DNA of 64,000 nucleotides, taken from positions 3,070-67,069 of the forward strand of contig OMVL01000007.1 in assembly GCA_900314485.1 (NCBI GenBank), in the 5' to 3' direction. Below are positions 41,970-52,900 of the stretch, one piece after another. The stretch's first letter is position 1. The number at the start of each line of letters is the position of its first letter. This DNA comes from an uncultured Eubacteriales bacterium (GTDB lineage Bacteria; Bacillota; Clostridia; Oscillospirales; Oscillospiraceae). The position numbers and the translations under genes are program-made. The notes under the pieces are model-generated. The model was given only the letters and a program-made list of their open reading frames with translations. It ran no database searches and was not told where the DNA came from.

Positions 41970-42524
41970 ATGGAACAAGGACTGATGCTGGCTCTGCTGC
42001 TGGTGACGGCGAACCTGGACACCTTGCTGCTGGCGGCTGTCTGGCACAGCGACGGACGGCGCATTACATGGCAGGAGGCGGGGATTTTGACCCTCACGAC
42101 CTCGCTGATGACGGGGCTTGCGCTGCTTTTGGGGCAATGCGGCAGCGGACTGTGGAGCGTGACGGCGGCAAAGCGGATCTCTGCCCTGCTGCTGGTGGGC
42201 ATGGGGCTGTGGATGCTGCTGGACTGGCTGCGTCAGCTGGGCGAGACTGCGGCGGAGACTGCCCCGAAGAATCCTCACAGCCTCGCATCCAGCCTGCTGC
42301 TGGGTCTGGCGCTGGGGGCGAACAACAGCGGACTGGGACTGGCGGCGGGACTGGCAGGCATCTCCCCTGTCTGGGCAGTGCTGGGCAACGCCGTCGTCAC
42401 GCTGGCTGCCCTGGCCTTGGGCGGCTGTCTCGCCGGCAGGTGGCTGGGCAAGGTATTGGGAGACTGGCAGGTGCCGATCTCCGGAGCGCTGCTCATTGTA
42501 ATGGGTGCGCTGGCGGGCATATAA
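41970..42524 (+). CDS. MntP/YtaF-family membrane protein
   Basis: ANLDTL and LALGANNSGLGLAAG motifs within six TM helices, YtaF-like. Confidence 0.7.
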   Translation: MEQGLMLALLLVTANLDTLLLAAVWHSDGRRITWQEAGILTLTTSLMTGLALLLGQCGSGLWSVTAAKRISALLLVGMGLWMLLDWLRQLGETAAETAPKNPHSLASSLLLGLALGANNSGLGLAAGLAGISPVWAVLGNAVVTLAALALGGCLAGRWLGKVLGDWQVPISGALLIVMGALAGI

Positions 42525-42592
42525 ATATACGAAAAGCATCCCCTTTGGCTTTTGCGGCTAAAGGGGATGCGTGCGTTATTATAATGTATGGC

Positions 42593-45500
42593 TCACTTTT
42601 TTCTGGGATTCAGCACAACGCTCCCCACGGCAGTCTCCTCCGCTCTCCCCAGAAAGAGGGCGTGCTCCACGCCCCGGCGGCCGCAGTCCAGTGCGGCGTC
42701 AGACCAGGGCTTGTAGCCCAGCTTCCGGGCGGCGGCCATGGCCAGCTCCTCGGGAGAGAGGGCCAGCTGCTCTTTCAAAACGGCGCAGACGGCGTTGGCG
42801 CTTTCCTGGCAGGGCACATCTTCCGGACGGCGGAAATGCTCTCCCGTGCCGGAGCGGCGGAAGAGGCGATACCGGTCCGGGTCCTGCGAGGGCAGCCAGA
42901 CATAGTCCCGCTCTTCCTCGTGAGTGATGCGCAGCCCCAGCTTTTGCCACAGACTTGCACAGCGGGCCGCCAGTTCCTCGTCCTGATCGTCCAGTCCGAA
43001 GGCCTTCAGCATCCGCTCGGTCAGCTGCGGCACCGCCATGGGGGCCTCCTGGAGCAAAATCTCTTCCACCACCCGGTAGACCCGGTTCTGGAAGGCGGGA
43101 CTGGATACTTCGCCGGAGCGGATGCCCATGACAGTCAGCTTCGCCCTGGTGTAGAGGGGGACAGGCTCCTCCCGGGGGACCTTGGCTGCCGGGACGGTAC
43201 GGGCCGGCTTGCGGGTGCAGAGCCGATCCATCTGCTGCGCCACCGCATCCAGCACATAACGGCGGCTGCGCCACCAGTCCAGAGTCCACACCCGGCACAG
43301 GGGCCAGCCCTGAGCTCGCAGCAGCTCTGGAATGGTCACCTCCCGCTCCCGGGTGCGCAAAATACGGCCGTAGTCGGCGTCGTCCAGCAGCAAGCCCAGG
43401 GGCGGCAGGTCCGGCCGATCCTTGCTGCGTACCTGCACGGAGACAGGCCGGGGGCCGGGGGTGGCCAGATAGCCCAGCTCACTTAGCCCCTGGCACAGCT
43501 CTGACTGGATCCGGTCACGGGGGACGGGGATTTGGCAAGGCGCCTGTTCCTGCCGCACATAGGAGAGGAACCGGGCCAGGGGGGCGGAGACTGCCTCCGC
43601 CTGGGGCCGGTCCTGCTCGTCCAGAGAGGAGAAGACCCAGACCTCCCCGGTTGCGGCGGCGAGGATGTGGGAAAAGAGCAGATCGTCCTTCCAGCCGGCG
43701 GCCACCGCCTTGGCGTCCGTCAGCTGCTCGTTGCTGTTTGCCCCGATGGTCAGGGACAGGAGCACCCGCTGCCACTTGCCGCAGACCGCCTCCTCCGGGG
43801 TCAGCACTTCAATGCCGTCCCCTCCCGACTGGGCCAGCAGCAGACGGATCAGGTCCGCCTGCTCCCAGGTCATGGCAATGATGACAAAGGAGGGGCTGTC
43901 CTCTCCGGAGAGGAGCAGCGCCTGCTCTGCCACTGCGGCGGCCTCGGCGGGATTGACAGGTCCGTCCATCCGGCCCACCACCGTCTTGTAGCGGAAAGCC
44001 GAGCGCTCCGGCCGGGGACTGGGCAGGGGCCTTGTGCCGTAAAGGTCCCGGTCCGGCTGTCCCAGAGACTCCGGCCGGGTGAGATAGCACTGCTCCAGGG
44101 AAACGGCGGGCAGTCCCAGCTCCTTGCAGCCCACGGTCAGGCTGACCTCCCTGCCAAAGAGGGGGTGATCCGTTTCGCCCTTGGCCGCAGAGAGGAGCAG
44201 GGCAGTCCTGCCCAGACCCAGCACCGCCTGGCCCAGAGGCAGGGGCAGCTGTCCGGCGTGGTCGATGACAACATAGTCAAAGGGAATATTGCCCTCCAGA
44301 TCCGGGCCAAAGCAGCGCAGGGCGTCGGCGGGGCTTGCGATGACGCAGGGAAAGAGCAGGGCGGTCAGCTTGGGAAGCCCCCGGAGCAGTCCGCTCAGGG
44401 CGATGTCCTTTGCTCCCGTGCGGTTGGCCCAGCGCAGGAGATTCAGCTCCTCCTGCAGTTCCTCGTCCTGAGGGATGTTTGGAATGGCCGCCGCAGCCAC
44501 GTGGAACAGCTCCTCCCGGGTGCGCCGGGTGAACTGGCGCTCCATAAGGGTGTACTGCCCCAGGGTCTCCCCGAACTGGCGGGAAGAGAACTGCTTGCGG
44601 GAGGGCGCCCGCTCCAGCTCCTGCAATACCAGCGCCCGGTACAGGCTCTTGCGAAACAGCTTTGCCGTGTCCTCCCCTTCCGGGACGGGCTTGGCGTAAT
44701 GCTCGGCAAAGGAGCCGAGTCCCAGCCCCTCCGCCTGACGGCACAGACCGTGCCAGCGCATCCACAGCTCCAGCTGGTCCAGATGGTCGATGATGGTGCG
44801 GCTGTTGTCCTGCAATTCGACGAGCCAGTCGCCCCCCTCCCGGGAGAGTCGGGCGGAGACCAGAGCCTCCATCTCCCCTTCCGCCGCCTGAACGGCCTCG
44901 ATCGCATCAGCCAGCTCGGCGGAGAGGGACAAAATCTCCTCGTTGCGGGCAAACTTGGCCCGCAGCTCCAGATCGCCGGTATTCTCCGCAATCCGGTCGT
45001 CAGACTCCACCGCCTGCAGGCTGAGGGGATAAAGGGTGTCCCAATCGGTCTCCGTCCCCTCGTACAGGCCGGCCAGTTCGTGCTCCCAGCGGTGATAGAG
45101 GGCGTCCAGCGCCTCCTCCTCCCGCTGACGACGGGCGAGGGCGGAGAGCACGCCGGCAATTTCGCCCAGAGGGACAGGCTCTGTGGCCAGCTCCTCCAAA
45201 TGATTGCGGATTTTGATCAGGTTCCGGAGCCGGCGGCAGTCGTTGCGCCGGTCTGAGAGCCAGTCCTTGCTGTCCGGCTGCCCGGTCCGGCCGATCATCA
45301 CGTCCAGCCGGCCCAGCACCTCCCGGGACCGCTCCCACAGCTCCTGCAGCTCCCCGGCGGCAGCCACCGCCTCCCGGTCGCTGCCGTATCGGAGGAGGAA
45401 ATCCTCACTGCCGGTCAGCTCGCTGAGCCAGTCGTGGCTCTCTGCCGCCACCCGGCGGGCGGCCTCCAGCCAGACCCAGACCGTCTCCTCCCGCCGGTAG

Positions 45501-47749
45501 ACGGAGCGCAGCTCCCGCTCCCAGCGGTGGTAAATTTCGTCGCACTGGGCCAGCTCCTCCTGATAATCCGCCAGCCAGCGCAGACCGCTCTCGGCCAGGT
45601 CGGTGGTCAGCTTCGTCTTGCAGAAAGGCTCGATGACGGCCCGGGTGCTGTTCTGCCGCTTCAACAGGCCGAGTCCCCAGCTGCCGCCCTCTGTCTCCCA
45701 GTCGGCCAGCAGCTCTTTGCCGTTCTGGGAGAGAAACGCCTCCGTCCAGTCCCGGAGCAGCACTTCCTTGCTCTCCTTAGCCTGCTTGCCGGCGTCGATC
45801 AGCTCGCCCACATCCCACAGCAGAGCCTGCAGCCCCTTGCAGCTGCCCCACTCGCTGGGGATCTCCTTCCAGCGGGCCAGTTCGACGGCTACCTCATAAT
45901 ACCGCTCCCAGCTGTCCCGGGTGCCGGGGACGGGGACATTGACGCATTTGGACCAGCGGCGTCCGCACTGCTCCAGGCGGTTCAGCAGCGCCTCTGCCTC
46001 CACGGACAAGCGCCGGAAGGCGCTCTCCCGGTCCGGCTCCGAGGGCAGGGACCATTCCGCCTTGTGGAACTTCCACTGCTGCTCCAGAGAGACGGCGTCC
46101 AGAGAGAGGATGTCCTCCCCCCACTGTTCCGCAATCTCCCGGCGGAGCTTGTCCGCCAGATCCGTCCGGCTCTTCAGCTCCTGCACCGTGTCGCTCAGCA
46201 GCGGAACCCGGGGCGAATCCGCCCAATGGTCGGGATAGTCCCGCCATTTGACCAGCAGCCTTGCCGCCTGGGCCAGCTTGCCCCAGTCCTCCCGGGTGCT
46301 GGGCCGGGTCACGCCCGTCTCGTCCAGCCAGGTCCAGGCTGCCTCGTTGAGCCGGAAAATGGCGGAGCGGAGGGCATCTTCCGCCTGGGGCAGCTGTGCT
46401 GCCCGCTCCGGGTCGTAGGTCTCGCCCTGAATGAGGGCCAGAGGATGGTTCCAGGGAGTTCCCAGCGCCCCGGCGGCGTCGGTGAGATCGTCGATGCAGG
46501 AAAGCCGACGGGAAAGCCCGTCCGGATCCAGTTCGGCGGCAACATGCTCGGAGATGGGAAGATACCCCTCTGCCTCCCGCTCCTCGGAGTAGCGGCAGAC
46601 CAGCTCAAAGGGGGTCAGTCCGCAGCGGCAGGGGGTGTGCAGGTCGGCTGCGGTCCGGTCCAGCTGACCGGAGAGAGACAAAACGGCGGCGGCCAGAGAA
46701 AAGTAGTCCTCGGCGGCGGTGGTGGGCCGAAGCTGAGCCGCCACATTAAACTGGTGCAGTACGGTACGGCGGCTGTCGCCCCGGACGGGAAGAGAGAGGC
46801 AGAGCCGGTCAAGGCCCATCTCCTCCATCCGCTCCAATGCCGAGCGGCGGTCGGCCACCGACGGGGAGACCAGCAGCACCCGCTTCCGGTCTCCTATGGC
46901 GTTGGCCATGAGGGCTGCGGCCAGCTGAGTCTTGCCGGTGCCGTGATGTCCCTCTGCAATAAGAGAGTTTCCCTCCAGCACATAGCGGAGGGCGGACATT
47001 TGGCCGCCGTCCAAGGGCAGGGGGGCCAGTACGTTGGCCTCGCCCTGTATATCGTCCCGCTCCGGAAGGGGAGCCGGGTCTATAAGAGCCCCGTCCTGCA
47101 GCCGGGCGCCGAAGCTGTCCGCCGGCAGCAGCTGCTCCGGGTCAGGCCGCTCTAAGAGCCACAGAGGAAAGTCCCCCAGCCACAGACCGTTCTGCCGCCG
47201 CCAGTCCGGGGCGTCAGCCAGAATTTGGTCGATCTGCCGGTACAGCGGCTCCCGATTCAGGCTCCACTCCTCCTCCGGCGGGGTTGCCGCCTGTGCCAGA
47301 CGGTCCAAAGCCGGGCGGTTGAGCAGCTGCCCCTCTCCGCTGCGCACGAGCTGCCAGCCCTCCGGGCGCTGTTCCAGCTGAACCGGCCAGAGGAGCAGGG
47401 GGGCGGAGACGCCCTCTACGGAAAAAAGCCGCCCCTCGGCCAGGCATAGGCCGCTGTGACCGTAGACGCTGCTCTCCCGCCGGGTGCGGGCGGAGAGTGC
47501 GGCAAGGGCGGCGGACAGCCTGTCCCCGTTCAGATCGGCCACCGCCACAGGGGTGTCCAGGCCCTCCGCCGGGGTTTCCCTCGGGCAGAGCGGCACCGGC
47601 CGCCCCTCGGTCAGGGCGGCGGTGAGCGCCTCCCCGCCGGGCTGGCCCAGAGGGATGAGGGGCTCTGCCTGCTCCAGATGGCAGAGCGGGCCGCTGTATG
47701 CCGTTTGATCCATGAGCAGTGCCCAGGGATGGATGGTCTCGTCTTTCAT
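42593..47749 (-). CDS. DUF4011 - SF1 helicase-like - Vsr/REase-like - DUF3320 protein (Hhe-like), motifs degenerate
   Basis: APLLLWPVQL (DUF4011), GHHGTGKT, LFPCVIASP, VVIDHAGQL, GWPLCRVWTLDWW, C-terminal winged-helix-like region. Confidence 0.75.
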   Translation of the reverse strand: MKDETIHPWALLMDQTAYSGPLCHLEQAEPLIPLGQPGGEALTAALTEGRPVPLCPRETPAEGLDTPVAVADLNGDRLSAALAALSARTRRESSVYGHSGLCLAEGRLFSVEGVSAPLLLWPVQLEQRPEGWQLVRSGEGQLLNRPALDRLAQAATPPEEEWSLNREPLYRQIDQILADAPDWRRQNGLWLGDFPLWLLERPDPEQLLPADSFGARLQDGALIDPAPLPERDDIQGEANVLAPLPLDGGQMSALRYVLEGNSLIAEGHHGTGKTQLAAALMANAIGDRKRVLLVSPSVADRRSALERMEEMGLDRLCLSLPVRGDSRRTVLHQFNVAAQLRPTTAAEDYFSLAAAVLSLSGQLDRTAADLHTPCRCGLTPFELVCRYSEEREAEGYLPISEHVAAELDPDGLSRRLSCIDDLTDAAGALGTPWNHPLALIQGETYDPERAAQLPQAEDALRSAIFRLNEAAWTWLDETGVTRPSTREDWGKLAQAARLLVKWRDYPDHWADSPRVPLLSDTVQELKSRTDLADKLRREIAEQWGEDILSLDAVSLEQQWKFHKAEWSLPSEPDRESAFRRLSVEAEALLNRLEQCGRRWSKCVNVPVPGTRDSWERYYEVAVELARWKEIPSEWGSCKGLQALLWDVGELIDAGKQAKESKEVLLRDWTEAFLSQNGKELLADWETEGGSWGLGLLKRQNSTRAVIEPFCKTKLTTDLAESGLRWLADYQEELAQCDEIYHRWERELRSVYRREETVWVWLEAARRVAAESHDWLSELTGSEDFLLRYGSDREAVAAAGELQELWERSREVLGRLDVMIGRTGQPDSKDWLSDRRNDCRRLRNLIKIRNHLEELATEPVPLGEIAGVLSALARRQREEEALDALYHRWEHELAGLYEGTETDWDTLYPLSLQAVESDDRIAENTGDLELRAKFARNEEILSLSAELADAIEAVQAAEGEMEALVSARLSREGGDWLVELQDNSRTIIDHLDQLELWMRWHGLCRQAEGLGLGSFAEHYAKPVPEGEDTAKLFRKSLYRALVLQELERAPSRKQFSSRQFGETLGQYTLMERQFTRRTREELFHVAAAAIPNIPQDEELQEELNLLRWANRTGAKDIALSGLLRGLPKLTALLFPCVIASPADALRCFGPDLEGNIPFDYVVIDHAGQLPLPLGQAVLGLGRTALLLSAAKGETDHPLFGREVSLTVGCKELGLPAVSLEQCYLTRPESLGQPDRDLYGTRPLPSPRPERSAFRYKTVVGRMDGPVNPAEAAAVAEQALLLSGEDSPSFVIIAMTWEQADLIRLLLAQSGGDGIEVLTPEEAVCGKWQRVLLSLTIGANSNEQLTDAKAVAAGWKDDLLFSHILAAATGEVWVFSSLDEQDRPQAEAVSAPLARFLSYVRQEQAPCQIPVPRDRIQSELCQGLSELGYLATPGPRPVSVQVRSKDRPDLPPLGLLLDDADYGRILRTREREVTIPELLRAQGWPLCRVWTLDWWRSRRYVLDAVAQQMDRLCTRKPARTVPAAKVPREEPVPLYTRAKLTVMGIRSGEVSSPAFQNRVYRVVEEILLQEAPMAVPQLTERMLKAFGLDDQDEELAARCASLWQKLGLRITHEEERDYVWLPSQDPDRYRLFRRSGTGEHFRRPEDVPCQESANAVCAVLKEQLALSPEELAMAAARKLGYKPWSDAALDCGRRGVEHALFLGRAEETAVGSVVLNPRKK

Positions 47750-47782
47750 GGTGTGCTCCTGACTGGGTGTAAGGGTGGTGAT

Positions 47783-48715
47783 TTATTCGGCAGAGGCTTG
47801 CGCCGAAGCCTCTTGCGCCTGTTCTGCCTGGGCGGCAAAATAGTTGTCAATGCCGTCTGCGATGCCGGAGGCCAGCAGCAGCTGGTATTCCTCCGTTGCC
47901 ATCTTTCTGTCCTCCTCGGGGTTGGTCATATAGCCCATCTCCACAATGGTCACCGGCACCTCGCACCAGTTGATGCCGGTCATGGTGTCCGTCTCCCAGA
48001 CGTATTCTTTTTTTGCCCCGGTGGCGGCCACCAGAGCGTCCAGCACGGCGTCGGAGAGGGCTCTGGACTGCTCATAGAGATAGGCGTTGTAGGGATTGGA
48101 GGGGGTCATGCAGATGGTCATGGCGCCGTTGGCCTTCTGGCTCTCCGAGCCGTTGGCGTGAATGCGGATAAAGGCATCCGCTCCCGCCTCGTTTGCCACC
48201 TGGCTCCGCTCCACGTTGCTGATGTCCACGTCGTTTTCCGTCCGGACCATGACCACTTTGTAGCCCCGGCTTTCCAGCTCCGCCTGAAGCTTGAGGGATA
48301 CCTGCAGCGTCAGCTCGTACTCATACAGCCCAGTGGACACGCCCCGGGTGCCGCCGGTCACTCTCGCCTTCATGGTGGATGAGCCCGGGCCGTTGGGCTC
48401 TTTGGCATTGCTGCCCTTCTGCTGGTGTCCGGCGTCAATGCAGATGATGAGCGGTTCGGGTTCAGGCTCAGTCTCCGGCTCAGTCTCCGGCTCAGGTTCC
48501 GGTTCGGGCTCCGGCTCTGGCTCCTGAGCGGCCCGGGCGGCCGCTTCCGCCTCCTCCGTCAGGTCCTCCAGAGCGGGAGCGTCGGATGTCTCTGACTCCG
48601 CTGTCTGCGGGGGATCGTTGGCCTGGGAGGGCTGAGCGGTCTCCTCTGAGGCGGCGCAGCCGGCGCAGGAGAGAAGAAGAGCAAGGGCAAGAAGAAAAAG
48701 GACAGATCGTTTCAT
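47783..48715 (-). CDS. N-acetylmuramoyl-L-alanine amidase (Amidase_3) lipoprotein
   Basis: Lipobox-like signal peptide, (EP)n linker, [24 protein letters not shown]. Confidence 0.92.
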   Translation of the reverse strand: MKRSVLFLLALALLLSCAGCAASEETAQPSQANDPPQTAESETSDAPALEDLTEEAEAAARAAQEPEPEPEPEPEPETEPETEPEPEPLIICIDAGHQQKGSNAKEPNGPGSSTMKARVTGGTRGVSTGLYEYELTLQVSLKLQAELESRGYKVVMVRTENDVDISNVERSQVANEAGADAFIRIHANGSESQKANGAMTICMTPSNPYNAYLYEQSRALSDAVLDALVAATGAKKEYVWETDTMTGINWCEVPVTIVEMGYMTNPEEDRKMATEEYQLLLASGIADGIDNYFAAQAEQAQEASAQASAE

Positions 48716-49070
48716 GGAAAGGTCTCCTTCCGAGTGGAATTCTTTTTTCCAATTGTATCATTTCCTGCCCTGTTTCGCAATAGACCCGGCGGTCAGGAGG
48801 GACGGATACTTCTTAAATGTAATGAATTTTGAGCGCCGGAGCGTGAGGCGGGAAAACGGCGAAGGCAGAGAAAAGAATGAATTTTGTTGCCGGAAAGTGG
48901 TTTTTAGAACTCTTTTTTCGGTCAAAAGACCGTCAAACAGATGGAAGACGGCAGCCTTGAAAAAAGCAAAAATGTCATTTTGTCCATTGCAATTGAAAAA
49001 GGGAACTGCTATACTATAGCTGGGTATCCATCAAACGCTGGGCAGAGTCTGCCCAAAGGAGGAGATACAT

Positions 49071-49850
49071 ATGTATTTCGATACCCACGCTCATTACGAC
49101 AGCTCTGCTTTCCGGGACGACCGGGAGCAGTTATTATCCTCCCTGCCTGAGCAAGGGGTGGAGTTGGTGCTCAATCCCGGCTGCGAGCTGGAAAGCTCCA
49201 AAGCCGCCCTCAGCTATGCCCATGCCTTTCCCCATGTCTATGCCGCAGTGGGGTTTCATCCCTCTGACATTGAAAAGCTGGACGACGTGGCCGTGGAGGA
49301 GCTGCGGCGCATGGCGGCGGACCCCAAGGTGAAGGCCATTGGCGAGATCGGCCTGGACTACTACTGGGAGGACTACGCCGGCCGTGAGACCCAGTTGGCG
49401 GGCCTGTATCGCCAGATGGAGCTGGCGGAGGAGCTGGATCTCCCCGTCATCTTCCACGACCGGGAGGCGCATGCCGATTCCATGACGGCGGTCCGGGACC
49501 ATCCCAATGTCCGGGGCGTGTTCCACTGCTATTCCGGCGCTCTGGAGCAGGCGAGGGAGCTGATTGACCGGGGCTGGATGATCTCCTTTACGGGAGCGCT
49601 CACCTTTCCCAACGCCAAGCGTCCCCCGGAGGTGGCCGCAGCCATTCCCCGGGACCGGGTGATGATCGAGACGGATTCGCCTTATATGATCCCCTATCCC
49701 CGCACCCCTGAAGACAAGAAATTCCGGCGCAATTCCTCCCTCCGGGTTTGGCAGGTGGCCCAGAAGCTCTCTGAGCTTTGGGACATGCCTTTGGAGGAGG
49801 TTGCCCGAATCACGACCGAAAACGGGAAGCGGTTTTTCCGCATCCCCTGA
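49071..49850 (+). CDS. tatD: TatD-family nuclease
   Basis: FDTHAHY, GFHP, IGEIGLDYY, FHCYSG, IETDSPY. Confidence 0.93.
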   Translation: MYFDTHAHYDSSAFRDDREQLLSSLPEQGVELVLNPGCELESSKAALSYAHAFPHVYAAVGFHPSDIEKLDDVAVEELRRMAADPKVKAIGEIGLDYYWEDYAGRETQLAGLYRQMELAEELDLPVIFHDREAHADSMTAVRDHPNVRGVFHCYSGALEQARELIDRGWMISFTGALTFPNAKRPPEVAAAIPRDRVMIETDSPYMIPYPRTPEDKKFRRNSSLRVWQVAQKLSELWDMPLEEVARITTENGKRFFRIP

Positions 49851-49902
49851 GTACTATGCCGTTCCTCCCGACCCTGCGCTGTGAGTAAAAGGAGTGTCAT
49901 CT

Positions 49903-52900
49903 GTGAAGCATCCATTTTTAAAACGATCCATCTGCCTGCTTCTGGCAGTGCTGAGCGTGCTGGCAATGCCGGCCTATGCCCTGGAGGGCGTCGCTCAGGC
50001 GGAAGAGGCACAAAGCGACGGACAGAAGACGGTCCAGAGCGATCCCTTTGACCCGTCAGGGGAGGCAACCGAGAAAGAGACGCCGAATGTACCTGAGGTG
50101 GAAGTGCCCACCGTCTTTGTCAACGAGGACGGCAGCTACCGGGCCCCCGAGGACATCGCCGTATATGTCATGCGGCACATGCAGGAGACCTCCCTGTCCA
50201 ACCCCTCTCAGGCGGACGAACGGTATACCGGCGTCGTGGCCTTCTATGACTACGCTGAGGGCAATGAAAAGACCCGTCTGGAGCACCCCTATTTCTTCTA
50301 CTACGAAAAGGGCGAGCTGCAGGACAAGGACCCCGCTTTCTATCTGGCCAAGGGCTATCTGGATCTGACCGAGGCTCCCGTGGCGGACAGCAGCATCAAT
50401 CCTGCGGCCGGCGAGGAAGAGGACCGGCTGGTCTACGTGGCGGAGGAGCGCTATGTGGACGAGAATGCCGAGGAGCATCCCGCCTATCTCTTTGCCTTTC
50501 ATCAGGAAGAGGGCGAAAACGGCCTGTTTACCGGCGATTATGAAGAGACCGCCTATGTGGACGGTCTTGCCGTGACGGCGGAGGGGCCGGGGGCGGCAGA
50601 GCCTGTTCAGCCGGAGACTGTTCAGGAGACGCAGGCGGCAGAGAGCATTGACCCCGCTGGGCCGGCCAAGGCGCCTGCGGCTGACCCTGAGGACCCCTCT
50701 GATCCGTCTGACCCTACCGATCCTGAGCCGCAGGGACCCACCGTCGTGCATACGGTTCCGACAGTCACGGTAAAGACGGTCTCCGCCGGCATCCAGATTG
50801 CCTGGGGCGCGGATGAATACGCAACCGGCTTCCGTGTGTACCGCAAAAACGGAAACGGGGACTGGGGAAGGATTGCGGACCTGACCGATGGCAATGCGGT
50901 CTCCTACGTAGATACCCGTGCTCCCAGCAACGCAAACCTTTCCTACACCGTCCGTGCCTACTATGGGGACACGGCGAATATAAGCAACAATCCCTATGGC
51001 AGCGGCGATTGGAGCGGCTTTGCCGGCACCGGCCCGCTGTACTACCTGGCGGCCCCTGTGCCCAGCGCATTCGGCGCGGCTTCCAAGATCACCGTCTCTT
51101 GGAAGGCAGTGGCCGGCGCTGACTACTACATTGTCTATCGAACAGAGAGCGACGGCTCCTGGAAGCGCGTGGCAATGGTCACAGCCGACAAGCTGAGCTA
51201 TGTGGACACCACCGCCGTGAGCGGCTCCAGCTACTATTACACCCTCCGGGCTTATAACAAGGCGCGTGACGCATGGAGCCTCTTTTACGATACCCGTCAG
51301 GACAGCATCAACCGTGTATCGCTCCACGCAACCCCGGTGGTGAAGCTGATACCTACGACTACCGGCATCAATGTCACCTGGAACAAGGATGCCGCCGCTA
51401 CCGGCTATCGGATCTACCGGAGCCTTTCCGACGGCACCACGATTGTGCTTGCGAACATCACCTCCGGCAACACCACAAGCTATATGGATACCAAGGTGAC
51501 CAACGGACAGAGCTATTCCTACGGAGTCCGTGCCTACTACGGCGATGTGACCAAGCTCTCCACTGCCACTGTAGCGTCCGCCGCTGCGATGTGGAGCGAT
51601 GTGATCGCCGTCCGGACGATCTTTATGAAGACGCCCCAGTTTACCACGACCTACAGTGATAACGCCGGCATGGTCGTTCAGTGGACGGCAGTGGCCGGTG
51701 CAACGGGCTATTTGCTCTACCGCCGTTCCTCCACCGCGGAGAACTGGACTCGGCTGGCGTTTGTGACCAACGGCACCACCTATCAGGATAAGAGCGTAAC
51801 GAACGGCAAGCCCTATTACTATGCGATCCGGGCATATAAGACGGACGCAAAGGGCACCAAGTATTTCAGCGTTGACACCGATCAGACTACGGCCACGGTC
51901 TACCATGCGACGGTGAATACCACGGTGGCGGCTGTTCCTGCCGGCCTCCGGATCAGCTGGAACCTGGATTCCAGGGCCGTTGGCTACCGCGTCTACCGTC
52001 TGCACGGCAACGACGCGAAGGTCGTTGCGAACATTTCGGCATCCTCGCTGAAGGCCGGCCAGACACTTGCCTATGTTGACGATCCCGCCACCGATCTCAA
52101 GGCGGGTGATACCTATTATTACACCGTCCGAGCCTATTACGGCACAGGCTCGATCAACGTTGTCAGAGCGGATGTCCGTACCGACTGGAACGGATTTGTC
52201 TGGAAAGCGGCAGTCTATATGGCCACGCCCCATATGGCGGAGTTTGCTACCAACGAGCCTACCGGCATCAAGGTCAAGTGGAACACCGTTGCCGGCGCTG
52301 CAGGCTACTACATTTACCGCCGGACCGCCACGGGCAACTGGCATGGGGTCGGTAGCGTTCAGGGCGGAACCACCAATGCCTATATTGACACCACTGCCAC
52401 GAAACTGCCCGCAGGCACGGTATGCTATTATACGGTCCGGGCCTTTTCCGCGAAGGGAGTTTCCATCAGTTATTTTGAGCCCACAGGCTCCTATGCCCTC
52501 TATCTGCCCAAGCCCGGCGGAGTAAAGGTAGCGCCTGCCACCTCCAGGGGCACCACAGTGACCTGGAACAGCGTCAAGGGCGCAACCAGCTATACTGTGT
52601 TCCGCCATCCCCAGGGCGGCGGTTCCTGGACCCAACTGGGCACGGTGACGGGAACCAGCTATGTGGATGCCAGCGCCAATAAGACCACCGACCGTTATAT
52701 TTACACCATTCGTCCCAGCGCCGCAGTTACGGTCAACGGGAAAAAGGTGACCATCGTGGGCGATTATGACCGCACAGGTTACCAATCCGGTATTACCTGG
52801 AGCGGCGAGGAGCGCAACGACTGGGTGAAGAAAAACGGAAACACCTACTATGTGGATAAAAACGGCTTTCTGCTCACCGGCTGGCAGTATCTCAAGCGCA

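Noticed and set aside
48455-48530. (EP)n tandem repeat in the amidase
   Set aside because: Ordinary rigid linker of wall enzymes.
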